From Mobula hypostoma (lineage: Eukaryota), in assembly GCF_963921235.1 (NCBI RefSeq), contig NC_086106.1, positions 20,708,001 through 20,772,000 of the forward strand: a stretch of 64,000 nucleotides of DNA. Direction: 5' to 3'. Below, in pieces: positions 1 to 10,379 of the stretch (position 1 is the first letter of the stretch; the number at the start of each line of letters is the position of its first letter). Under the pieces are notes generated by a model. It searched no databases and was not told the origin of the DNA. It was given only the letters and a program-made list of their open reading frames with translations. The position numbers and the translations under genes are program-made.

Positions 1-159
1 TCGTCACTTGAAAAACTGGAGACTCAAGTGCAGTACTCGACTGACCATCACAGTTCTTATCGCTTTCCTAACCAATATGATGTATGACAATTATCTAATC
101 AGTTATTCTCCTGATAGGAAAATAAGCGAAGAGCAACATGTTAAAGATTGAGCACCTAC

Positions 160-216
160 TTGGTTCAACGATCAAAGTAGTTGCATTTCCAAGAATAAGC
201 TTAGTTTCCATCGTGT
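160..216 (-). CDS. TCR-type (alpha/delta-like) J segment, copy 1
   Basis: Minus strand reads TMETKLILGNATTLIVEP, a variant of the K-L-I-F-G-x-G-T-x-L-x-V-E-P J motif (F>L, G>A). It ends in a phase-1 donor CCA A|gtaggt and lies about 300 bp downstream of a 12/23 D segment. Confidence 0.8.
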
Positions 217-244
217 TACAGTTATATCTTGTTATAAAATCTTT
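217..244 (-). other. Degenerate short-spacer (12-type) RSS of J copy 1
   Basis: On + it reads tacagtt (217-223), then atatcttgtt(at), then ataaaatct/aaaatcttt. Spacer is 10-12 nt depending on nonamer register; the heptamer lacks the canonical CAC. Confidence 0.5.
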
Positions 245-478
245 CGGGATTCCCTCCACATTCCCCGGTAGCTGGCTGTCTTGTCTTCCAATGATATAGC
301 CGGTCAGGAAAGCACGATTGCTTCTACTAGTGAGCGACCCATGTAATAGGAAAAAACTTCGATATTCGGTGGTTGATAAAGAACAGAAAATGGTCATTAA
401 ACGCAGCGGAAATTTCCTGGCTGCCAATGCCGCTTGATAGTAACCGATCTGCCGTCAGGACGAGGTCTGCGGCTGAGA

Positions 479-554
479 AGCTAATGTTTGGTCGCGGATG
501 GCATTTCAGATTCTGTGTCTACCACACACTGTGTTATACGGCAATACAAAAAAC
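479..554 (-). other. D segment D2 (TGTGGTAGA, 518-526) with 5' 12-RSS and 3' 23-RSS
   Basis: On +: agctaatgt-23 nt-ttctgtg [tctaccaca] cactgtg-ttatacggcaat (12)-acaaaaaac. The 12/23 layout is the TCR delta/beta D type. Confidence 0.8.
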
Positions 555-857
555 TTTTTCCTCCATGTTACCCGCAGGGACACTTGAGGAAATGCCCCAC
601 CGCACAGCAGATTTGAAGAGAGAGAGAGAGAAAAATAACTTAACGAAGCGTATCACAGAACTGTGAAGACAGTTGATCAGTGATAGGAACAGCTTCTCTC
701 CAACGGAATAATCGTCAGAATTCACAAAACAGGCTACATGCATTCATCAGAGAACAGTGCAGAACGAGCACAAGGATAATAGAAAAAACATAAGATTTCC
801 GCATCTGAGCAGCATTTGAAACTAACCAGTGGGGATGTCAATGTATTGCAACTCGGA

Positions 858-937
858 GGTTAATGTGCGGCAGCTGATGGCATTTCATATACTGTGTGTA
901 TCGTAGTCCCACAGTGAAAGAAGTCAATACAAAAATC
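858..937 (-). other. D segment D1 (GGACTACGATACA, 897-909) with 5' 12-RSS and 3' 23-RSS
   Basis: On +: ggttaatgt-23 nt-tactgtg [tgtatcgtagtcc] cacagtg-aaagaagtcaat (12)-acaaaaatc. The 12-RSS is near consensus. Confidence 0.88.
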
Positions 938-1044
938 TTTCTCTCAGTCACTTGACCATACACATAACGCTTTCAATGCAGTAACCACGTCCGGAAGAGC
1001 TTCATGTGAGTGTTACAGAATGAAATAAAAACTCTATAAACAAC

Positions 1045-1365
1045 AGTGCCAGTAGACGCCCAGAATCGGTGTCACTGACAAGATATTTAAGAAGGTCCGG
1101 CATCGAATTGCTGTAGGCATCACTGCGCTTCATGAATGCTCCAATATTCATCGTCGATTCAGCCCCCATTTCTGAAAACTTTTCGATTCATTAAATGTCC
1201 GGTGAGTTAACGAATTCAGCCCTGGATACCTAATTGCCTACTAAACCCTTGTAATCGAATGGGACAACAGATTTACAAAATCTACAATGTTCCCGGTAAT
1301 GGAATTTCTGATAATTCCAATCCTGCAAATCGGAGCCCGAACTTCGACTCGATTTCGAGAATATC
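1045..1365 (-). pseudogene. Degenerate TCR-like V exon immediately upstream of D1, copy 1
   Basis: Acceptor ctttgacag|G followed by about 320 nt. The 3' end reads LNILSVTP-(ED)SGVYW, resembling FR3 LxIxSVTPEDSxVYYC, with frameshifts and stops. No intact RSS. Confidence 0.4.
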
Positions 1366-2129
1366 CTGTCAAAGAATAATGCTAGCCTAAGCAGAATACT
1401 GTCTGCCTTAAAATAGTTACTGTTCTTATCTCAAGTGATACTCGTAGATTCATACACAACATCCATTCATTAGTGATTATTCCTCATGAACTAAACAGAA
1501 TAACTACTCACAATAATTCAGACTAACAGATTTATACGATCCTCATCAAATACAGCACCGCTGCGCTATCCTGAATTCAAAGTTTTCTTTGCGGAATGCA
1601 CGATATATTCTACTCCAACGTTCTGCCTCCGAAAGTTTTCCGCGGTTTTCTCCCCTTTTCCCCCATTTCTCGGAAAGTTGAGCTCAGAGCAATCTTGGCT
1701 TACCGTGCATGTCTTCCCTTTCTGCATTTGGTTGTTGGAAGATAATTTTAAATAAGTTTTATTTGTTCGTGTTATTACTCTTTAACTGTAGATATTCACT
1801 CTGCGACTAGAGAATCTTTTTTTGCAGCTTATTTTTTTTTTTAATTTTATTTTTATTTGGATAAGGAGTTCACAATTATCATGTACTTTTTTCACACATA
1901 TAACCTTTTCCATTTTTTATATGTATTAAACTACAATTATTTATACATTCTTAAGTACACATTGAGATGATATAAAAGCTAAATAAACATTTAAATAGAT
2001 AATTATGTACTGTGGTAAATCTATCGGGCCTGTCACCCCACTTCTGATTGTCTCTGAAATCTTGCCATCGTGTTCACTTCCACTACTTCTCTTAAATTTC
2101 CAGTCCCTTTCCACTCTCCACATTTCTAA

Positions 2130-4560
2130 TGTCTCGTGTAACAATTTTGGTATCCTTCCTTTAATTATAAATCTATGTGACCGAAGATATCACAGTTTCA
2201 CCTTGGCATGAAAACGCTGACTACCTTCCCTATCATTCTCCCTCATTTCACGTATTCTACCAGGTTGGCCATCAGCCTCCAGTACTTAAGATAAAAACAA
2301 TCTTAGTTTGTCTAAATTCCCACCATACACTCCAATTCAGATAACATACCGGTGACCTTTTCTGCGCCATATCAAAAGCCTATCATCCTGCCTAAAATGT
2401 GACGACGAGACGATAACGACTCACAATATTCAAAATGCGCTCCAGGCACGATTTTATATATAAGGGCATAATATAAGAGCAGAATTCAGCCATTTGGCGC
2501 AAGTAGTCTGCTTCGCCATTTTATTATGGCTGATCCAATTATCCTCTGAGCGCCAATCTGCTGCCTTCTCCCCATATCACTTCATGCCCTGACCAATCAA
2601 GAATCTATCAATCTCTGCCTTAAATATACTTAAATATGATTTTGCCTCCACAGCTGCCTGTGCCAAATAATTCTGCAGATTCACCACTGTATGGCTGAAA
2701 GAAATTCCTTATCATCTCCATTTCAAAAGGATGGCCCTTTATTCTGACGCTGTGTACTCTGATTTTGGACTCTCCCAACAGAGGAAACATCGTCTTCACA
2801 ACGATTCACCATTCACCATTCGACAGGTTTCAATAAGGCCACCCCTCATCCTTCTGAATTCTAGTGAATACAGGTCCAGAGCCATCTAAGGGTCTTCACA
2901 TGGAAAGCGATTCCATTCTGGAATAATTTCCGCCAGTTGCCTTTGATTCCTCTTCAGTTTCAGCAGATCCTTTGGAAGATAAGGGGCTGAAGCCTGCTCA
3001 CAATGCTCTACGAGTGGCCTCACCAGTGATATATAACGTTTCAATATTATATCCTTGCTTTTATATTCTGGTGCTCTTGAAATGAATGCCAACATAATAT
3101 TTGCCTTCCTGACTACAGAATCAACCTGCAAATTAAAAGTTAAGGAATCCTGCACAGGGAATCACAAGTCCCATTGCAACTCATTGGTTTGTATTTCCTT
3201 TACATTTAGAAAATAGAGAATCATTTATTTTCTTCTACCAAAGTGCATGAACATACAGTTCCTAACAATATATTCCATCTGCCATTTCATCGCCAATTAT
3301 TTTAATCTGTTTAATTCCTTCTTCAGCCCCTCTAGTTTCTCAAACTACATGTTCCTGCAAATCATTGACATATACATGTCACGTAAAATGAAGCGGTTCT
3401 AAGTCAGATGCCCGTGGAACATCATTAAACGCCGGCAAGTGGCAAGTAGCCAGAAAAGGCTCACTTTGTTCCCACTCTTTCATATATGCTGGAATCTTTC
3501 TTTTTTTTTTTGTAATACCATAGGCCCCTAGTTTGTTCAGCAGCCTCATGTACGGCATATTGTCAAAGGTCTTCCGAAAATTCAAGTTCACAACATCAGA
3601 TGATTCTTTTTGTCTCTCCTGCTTGATAATTCTTCAAATACTTTCAGAAGATTTGTCAGGTAAGATTTACCCTTTCACGAAGCCATGCTGGCAAAGACTT
3701 ATTTTATCATGTGCCTCCAAGTATACTGAGACTTCATCCTTAATAATTGAATCCAACATCTTCCGAACCACTGTGGTCAGACTAACGAGCCTATCGGTTA
3801 CTTCATCTTCTTCTCTCCCTTCTCGAAGCCATTTGAATATTTCCCGTCTTCCGGTACAATTCCGGAATCTAATGATTCGTGAAAGACCATTGCTAATGTC
3901 TCCACAACCTCTGCAGCAACCTCCTTCAGAACCCTGGGGTGTAAGCCATCTGGTCCAAATAATCTATCTACCTTTAGACCTTTCAGCTTCCCAAGAGCAT
4001 TCTCTCTAGTTATGGTAACTTCACACATTTCCTGCTCCCTGAAACCTGGAACTTCCACCATACTGCTAGTGCTTTCCACAGCGAAGACTAATGCAAAATG
4101 ATTCATCAGTTTTTCCGCAATTTTTTTTGTTTCCAATTACTACCTTTCCAGCATTGCTTTCCTGTGGTCCTATATCCACTCTTGCCTCTGTATTACGCAA
4201 TACTTACCTGTAGAAACGTATCCTCTTTCATATTATTGGCGTGCGTACATTCGTATTCCATTTTTATCTGCTTAGTGACTTTTTAGTTGTTTTCTGCTGG
4301 TATTTGGAAGCTTTACAATCCTGTGACTTCCCACTTTTTTTTTGTTTTATTGCATGCCTCTACTTGACTTTATGTTGGCTTTGACTTCTCTTGTTAGTTA
4401 GAGTTGTGTCATCTTTCCTTTAGAACATCTCTTCCTCTTTGGGATGTACATATCCTCTGCCTTCCGAATTGCTTTTAGAAATTCCAGCCTCGGCTGCTCT
4501 ACCGTTTTCCCTGCCAGTGTTATTTTCCAATCAAATATCATCAACATTACTTGCCAGCAT
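2130..4560 (-). mobile_element. Degenerate CR1 LINE (ORF2 RT fragments)
   Basis: ORFs 2886-3155 (VVRKANIMLAFISR...LVRPLVEHC) and 3798-4136 (GPDGLHPRVLKEVAAE) are CR1 ORF2 motifs. Boundaries are approximate. Confidence 0.85.
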
Positions 4561-5049
4561 TTATACACAATTGCATGCACGATAACTGGCTATATATTGT
4601 TGGCGTCTTTTGGCACATTTCTTCCCAGAGACGAAAACGTAGCCATAGGGCCTGGAGGTGTTGCGTGCCTTAATGAATGGTGGGCCGTGTGGTATGACTT
4701 TTGGAAGGGTCACTCATGCCAAACAGGTCAAAGGGTAGAGGCCACATTGAGAGTAGTCTGCCGGTCCTCTAGGTTTGCTGACTCTGATCAGCACAAACAA
4801 TCAGTACTAGCAAAAAAAAAAAAAAAAAAATCACCACCATGACGTTATACACTGCTGAAGTACTTGCTTGGCTCGGAAAGGCCCTGGGATGTTCTGGAGT
4901 TATAGAAGTCAATGAAAATAAAATTGGTTTCATCAAAGTAATTTCAGTAAATTAAAAAAAAATAGAAACAGCGGAGTTGCCATTAATCAGACTAATAGAG
5001 TTTGGTGGAAGTCCACTGATTTGAAACATGAACTCTTTTCTTCACCCCA

Positions 5050-5357
5050 CAGATGTTCTCTGAGATTCTCATTGTTGGCAGTGCAGAAAGAACAATAATA
5101 TTAGTCGGCGAAGTTTTCAGCTAGATATCTCTTACATCCCGTGCCCAGTAGGTGTTAAGTATGATTCTGTCTGGATCAGTTTTCCTCTGGGTCTTACAAA
5201 GCCACTCATCAAATTGACAGCAGGCTTCTGGGGTGAAGAGTAGAGCTGGAGCATGGTAGATCTGTCGAGTACTGCTGTGGTCGAAGGTGGGATTGGAGAT
5301 CGGTGGACTACATGGCTGCTTGTGTGGAGAGGAGAACTGGAGCTGGGTGCGGCAACA
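5050..5357 (-). pseudogene. Degenerate Ig C1-set (CH2-like) exon, copy 1
   Basis: Paralog at 58250-58562 reads ...PAPALLSTQ...SAELTCSSSPLHPGNLLSV*W...HYC, a C1-like Cys/Trp/Cys pattern with many stops. It lies directly 3' of a CH1-like exon. Confidence 0.4.
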
Positions 5358-5483
5358 CACAGTAAATTTGTAATGAAAAAAAAAACACGGTTGTTTGTAG
5401 AAAATTATCGATGGTGAATCAGCAGGTGGGGTGAAAATCGGTCTGAGTTTAGTCTGTATTGTAATAAATTGACAGAACAGCGG

Positions 5484-6604
5484 TGTCAAGGTCCGGTCTC
5501 TGAAGTACGCATTATGGTTCACGGACCGGTCTATCGGTCCTTATTCCAGGTTTTCCGGTTTTCCCTTCTGTTGGGTGCCTATATTGAAGCACAAGATTCT
5601 TATTTTGGGCTGACTACATAAATAGCTGCTGGGTTCAGCTTCATGCTCGACATTTCCCTCCCCTTTCCCTTCCTTATGAAGCCCCGTCTGCAACCTTCGC
5701 CTGAAGCCTCGCCTGTAACGCCATCAGGTTCAGCAGCCGGGACAAGCTTGGGACCTTGTTGTGTCTAGATAAGGAACTGTCTGTCGTTGTCTGGAACTGT
5801 CTCTTTATGTCCTCGCCTTCGCTTAGTAGGTCCGGCCGTTGCCGCTACCTGGAATTGGGAACTGTCTTGCGTCCACGTCTTCGTTAGGCAGGTCCGGCGA
5901 TTTACCGCTACCTAGTGTTGCGAACCGTCTCGTCGTGTTCAGCGCTCTGTGTAGACCCTCGGGCCCAAGTCCAGTTCCCAAGGAGGGGTACTGGCTCTGT
6001 GTTCCATGTCCCTATGTCCCTGTCTCTCAAGTCCAAGGCTCCGTATTCCCGTGCTATAGACCAAGGATCTGTGTCCTGTCCTCCCCAAGACCAAGGCTGT
6101 GTGTTATGCGATCCTGTCGTCCCGAGTCGAAGATTCCAAGGTTCCTGTAGTCCCAAGTCCAAGGCTTTGCTGTTCCTGAGTACCAATTCAGGGCTTCGTG
6201 TTCTCGTCCTGTCCATGTGCTTCGTCCGGTACTATGGTACCTTCGTCCTGTCCAAGAGTCTCACATCCAGTCCTGTTGCTAGTCCTCGTTCTGTAGCCAC
6301 GTCTTCTCCTCGCCTGGATACAGGGTCCGAGGCACAAGTCAAGACCGAGGTTCCAGGTCCCTTTCCAGTCTCTGGCTCGGAGTCCTTGTCCATCTTCCAG
6401 GTTCCTAGTGCCTCGTCGAGGTGCTGCTTTCCTTGTCTAGTCGTAGCCCAGGCCCTGTATTTAGCTTCGTCCAGGGCCTGTATCTTGTCCAGCGTCGTTT
6501 CTTCCCCACTTCCCTTGCTTCCTTGACACACCTAGTCCTGTTCCTTGTACTTCAGTGTCTCTGTCTTGCATTTGGGACCGCCACCAGCGCCCGCCCCCAT
6601 GACA
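5484..6604. mobile_element. Solo-LTR-like insertion, TG...CA ends, 5-bp TSD (agcgg/accgg)
   Basis: Begins tgtcaagg and ends catgaca. The empty site gaac-accgt-attgcattgacaac is present in the paralog at about 58692-58712. Confidence 0.85.
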
Positions 6605-6629
6605 ACCGGATTGTATGGACAACAGGTGG

Positions 6630-6975
6630 GTAATAGGAGGGAGGAGAAAATGGTGGCCCGACGCAGAGCGCCATTGTGTATCTAGGGCGCCGTACACAAT
6701 CCGGATTTGATGGAGACAGGCGTGAGAAGCGCAGAGGAACATCTGGAGTAACTTCTGAAATGCCTGCTTCGCTGCCGCTGCTGCTGTGTGATCGAGAATC
6801 TCCGGAGACGAAGGCCCCAAATCCTCGGCTTTGCTTATCGCCTGTTGCCAGGGTGGGGGTCGAAGCGCTCGGCAGTGATGGTGCTCAGTGCTCGCTGTCG
6901 AAGAGGTGGTCGGAGGCTCGATATCGGCCATCCCAGTCCTTACATGGAGTGTATCTGATCGAACGGGATCTTTTA
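6630..6975 (+). repeat. Interspersed SINE/LINE-end-like repeat (related copies at about 42135-42800 and 45340-45965)
   Basis: Shared motifs gagaa(a/t)atgg(t/c)gg.., gatttgatggagac(a/g)g.cgtga.ag and aaatgc..gcttcgctgcc..tg across the three loci. Confidence 0.65.
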
Positions 6976-7420
6976 CTGGGCATCTATTGATCCTCGCTGG
7001 GAGTCACTTTTCCTCGGTTGTTCGGTTCGCTTCCAAACAGATCTCCAGTGGTACCTTCACCTGCTCCTAGACTATCCACTCGGAATCTGATTGATGTGTC
7101 CCAGTTTAAAGGCCGGCGTAGGCGCCCGAAGAGACCAATTTAAATAGTTTTATTGTTACGTAGCATTTGGGTGAAGGCCCGGCACCTGACGAAGTGAGGG
7201 TGGGAGGGTTCCTGAGTCCGCTGACGAAGTATATAGGTGACCCTATCCACAAAGGCGCTTGTCTCCGAGCTGCCGTGTGACGCCATCCTCTGAAAGCCTC
7301 GGTCAAGCCATTCAGCACTTCCTCTCTCACAACATATTTTCCCTCGTGTGGACGCCCGAACTTGCCAGATGGACAGTAATCAAGCTGTGGCGATCTGTCT
7401 TGCCCTTTCCCTTATCGGTG

Positions 7421-7459
7421 GGTTTTTGTCCAGGTGCAGTCGCAGTCTCTCTCACCGTG
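7421..7459 (-). other. 23-bp-spacer RSS of the VH gene
   Basis: Minus strand: CACGGTG-agagagactgcgactgcacctgg (23)-ACAAAAACC, with a consensus nonamer. Confidence 0.95.
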
Positions 7460-7755
7460 TATCGCACAGTAATATGTGCCTGTGTCGCGCAGTGTCAGGT
7501 CGTTCATTTGCAGATAAAAACTGCCTCTGTCCTTGGAAGCGGTGAACCGTCTCTCGATTTCAGGCGCGTAATACTTATTACTTTCACTATAATAACGTAC
7601 CAACGTTTCCAGCCCTTTCCCGGAGGCCTGTTTCACCAAGTACGTGTGGAGGTTGTTGATATTGACACCACTGACTTCACAGGACAGTCTGTGCGACTCT
7701 CCGAGCTTTACGACGGCTGAGTCGAGTTGCTTCAGCTGGATGTCGGACCGCACGT
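7460..7755 (-). CDS. IGHV: IgH-type V exon (shark IgW/IgM-like VH), open frame, conserved Trp residues replaced
   Basis: Acceptor tttatttcttgccag|AC. Reads DIQLKQLDSAVVKLGESHRLSCEVSG...VKQASGKGLETLVRYYSESNKYYAPEIERRFTASKD...LQMNDLTLRDTGTYYCA. Both Cys are present, and YYAPxIxxRFTASKD is typical of elasmobranch VH. Confidence 0.95.
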
Positions 7756-7864
7756 CTGGCAAGAAATAAAGAGCAGCGATTAATGAAATGACCCGGAGGC
7801 ATAGGCTCCAAAGGCTTAGAAAAGCCGGCTACCCCGGTGGTGCGTCGGGCCGCGGGACACATAC

Positions 7865-7910
7865 CTGCAAGACAGAACAAGAGGAGACAGATATAAAGAA
7901 CGACACCCAT
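7865..7910 (-). CDS. IGHV: Leader exon of the VH gene
   Basis: ATG GGT GTC GTT CTT...CTT GCA G|gtatgt encodes MGVVLYICLLLFCLA, a hydrophobic signal peptide. A 109-nt GT-AG intron (7756-7864) joins it in frame to the V exon. Confidence 0.93.
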
Positions 7911-8264
7911 CGTTCTGAGCACTGAGTCGGACTTAAACACTTTTGAGATCGGTGCTTCAGCTCAGGCTGGATTTAACGCGAATCGAAGTGAGCGCTGATT
8001 AAATAGATACACTGACTGCGAGTGAGAGAGGATGTCGCAGCATGAACACGTTCTCAGCAACTGAAACCAAAGAGGCAGCTTCCTGTTCCCTCCCCCGGCA
8101 GAGATTTCAATTCCCCAAAAGATGTTCGCCTGTGTACAGGACACGGGTTATCGGCAGTGACCAGAAAAGGATTGAAGATCTGTCGCTCTCTGTTCAAATG
8201 ATCAACTTGAGCATGGGAGAATTTATTTAAACTGAAACACGAAGAATGCCAGCGGTAAAGAAAT

Positions 8265-10290
8265 GAGAGACACCGTCAGGTGACAAATATCCCGCTGCGA
8301 GACAGAGAGTGAGAAGCACCAGTCAGTGGACAGATAGTACCCTGAGGCAGGGGCTGAAAGACGCTAGTCAGGAAATATACAGATGAGTAAGACAGGAGCT
8401 GGCCAGAATTAAATGGAAAAGAACACAAGCAGGGATGACGGCAGAGTAGCAATGACTGGATTTGCTGGAAGCAATTCGGAAGGCACAGAACATACGCACC
8501 CCGAACAGGAATAAGCTTTCTGAAGGCAAGATGACGCATCTGTGATTAACAAAACGTCAAAGCCCACATGAAAGACAAAATGGGAGCATATCTTGGAGCA
8601 ATATTTTGTGGGAAGTTTACAGATTGGGAAGATTTTAAATACAAACAGAAGGCAACTAAAAAATCATTAAGAAGGTAAAGATGGAATACCAAATTGAAAA
8701 TGTCACTCCACTCTACGAGAGCGGAGAAAGGCAAAAGAAAGTAGATTATGGCCATTTAGTCCATAATGTTGGAGCCGATTCTTCAGGGTGTAATTTCAGG
8801 GTACTTGGAAGCACGTGCTAAAATAGGTCGCTGGTGGCATGTTTTCATTAAGGGGAATCATTGCCTGACAAATCTGTTGGAATGTTTGAAAAATAACACA
8901 CAGATAGACAAAGGAAAACCGTTTGATGCTGTGTACATAGAATTTTAGAAGGCCTATGACAACATGCTACACGTAGGCTGCTTATCAAGGTACAAGCCCG
9001 TGCTACTACATGAGATATTTAAGTATGGGCAAAACAGTATCATGTTTACAGGAGGCAAAGTGTCGGAATAAAGGGAGCCTTTTCTGGATGGCTGCCGGTG
9101 ATTAGTGATGTTCCACAGGGGTCTGTGTTGGGATCGATACTTTTCAGGTAAAATGGCAATGACGTGGATGGCCTTGTCGCAAGGGTTGTAGACGACAAGA
9201 AGGTAAGTGGATGAGCAAGTAATTCTGAGGAATTAAAGAGCCTGCAGAAGGAAGTGGAGAGATTATGTGAATGGGCAAAGAAGTGGCAGGTGGAATACAG
9301 TTTCAGAAAGTGCATTCGTCAAACACATTGGAATAAGAAATGAAAGGCTTGACTATTTCCTGAATAGAGAGAAAATACAAAGATCTGAGGCGCAAAGGGA
9401 TTGGGAGACCTGTGCGCGATTCTCTAAAAGTTACTTTGATAGTAGTGTCTTTGGTGAGGAAATAAAATGCGATTTTTGCTTTCTTTCCAAGGGGACTAGA
9501 ATCTAAAAGCAAGGATGTTATTTTGAAGCTTTATAAAGCATTGTTAAGGCATTATCTAGAGTAATGTGATACGCATTATTTACGATTGGGTGTGCTGAAA
9601 CTGGAGGGGTTTCCGAGAAGATTCATGTAAATGACACTTGAATTGAACGGCTTGTCATTTGAGGAGGTTTCGTTGGCTGTCGGCCTCTATTCACTGGAAT
9701 TCAGAATAATGAAGGTTGATCTTTTTGAAACCTATTGAATGGTAATGGGTCATGATAGCGTAGATGGGGAGAGGATGTTTCTTTTGGTGGGAATGTCTAA
9801 CTCCAGCGGAGACAGCCACAGATTGGCGGTCCTTTCAGAACGGTGATGAGGAGGATTTACTTTAGCTAGAGAATTGTGATCCTGTGGAATATGTTACCCC
9901 AGGCAACTGTTGAGGCCACGACTTTATGCATATTTAAGGAACAGGTACTTAGATTCCCGATTGGGAAGGAGATGAAGGGATACCGGGGGAAGGCGGTGGA
10001 TGGGAGCCAAGAGGAAAAATAGATAGGCCATGATCAAATGGTTGCGCAGACTCAATGGTTTAAATGAGTTAATTCTGCTAATCTATCTTATGGTCTAATG
10101 GTCAGCAGTTAAATATCACCCGCAGAGACAGGGACTGACAGACAGTCCTTAGTCGGATGTCCATCTGATAGACAGGGACCAAGAAAGTAATCATTGGAAG
10201 ACATCTTCGTGATATAAAGGGACGGAGACACCAGTTAGTGGACAAATATCCCTCTGATAGACAGGGACTAAGACACACGAGTCAAATGGG
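8265..10290. repeat. Degenerate tandem array of about 44-bp units, split by a CR1 insertion (about 8500-10080)
   Basis: Units resembling gagacaccagtcagtggacaaatatccctctgatagacagggact occur at about 8265-8400 and 10100-10290. Confidence 0.6.
8500..10080 (+). mobile_element. Degenerate CR1 LINE
   Basis: ORF 8766-8948 (GNHCLTNLLE...DKGKPFDAVYIEF) and downstream RT remnants. Confidence 0.85.
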
Positions 10291-10379
10291 TGATGTCCTC
10301 TTTAAAAACACAGTCTAAGAGACAGCGATCTGGGCAGGAAAAAAAAAATAACAACAAAAATAATTACCACACAATGCAC

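Larger units (their letters stand above)
1..5483. repeat. Segmental duplication, copy 1 (paralog at about 51078-58732)
   Basis: Base 1 tcgtcacttgaaaaactggagactcaagtg matches 51078 tcatcacttgaaaaactggagactgaagtg. The two are colinear through J, D2, D1, CR1 and CH-like segments, apart from copy-specific insertions. Confidence 0.95.

Noticed and set aside
5050-5357. Alternative reading as a lambda-like V (ELTQP...ENFAD*YYC)
   Set aside because: The Cys spacing does not fit a V, there is no leader or RSS, and its position directly after a CH1-like exon favours a constant exon.
5358-5385. RSS-like cacagta-12-aaaaaaaaa
   Set aside because: The poly-A is the minus-strand polypyrimidine tract of an exon acceptor, and no J or D sequence is adjacent.
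5839-6531. Long Pro/Ser-rich ORFs here and in the related inserts at 24.8-25.3, 30.0-31.1 and 54.3-55.6 kb
   Set aside because: They fall inside LTR-family inserts with internal tandem repeats and are not host genes.
7040-7090. Possible IgH D (ggtac core) about 400 bp 3' of the VH
   Set aside because: The heptamers are weak and there are no nonamers at 12/23 spacing.
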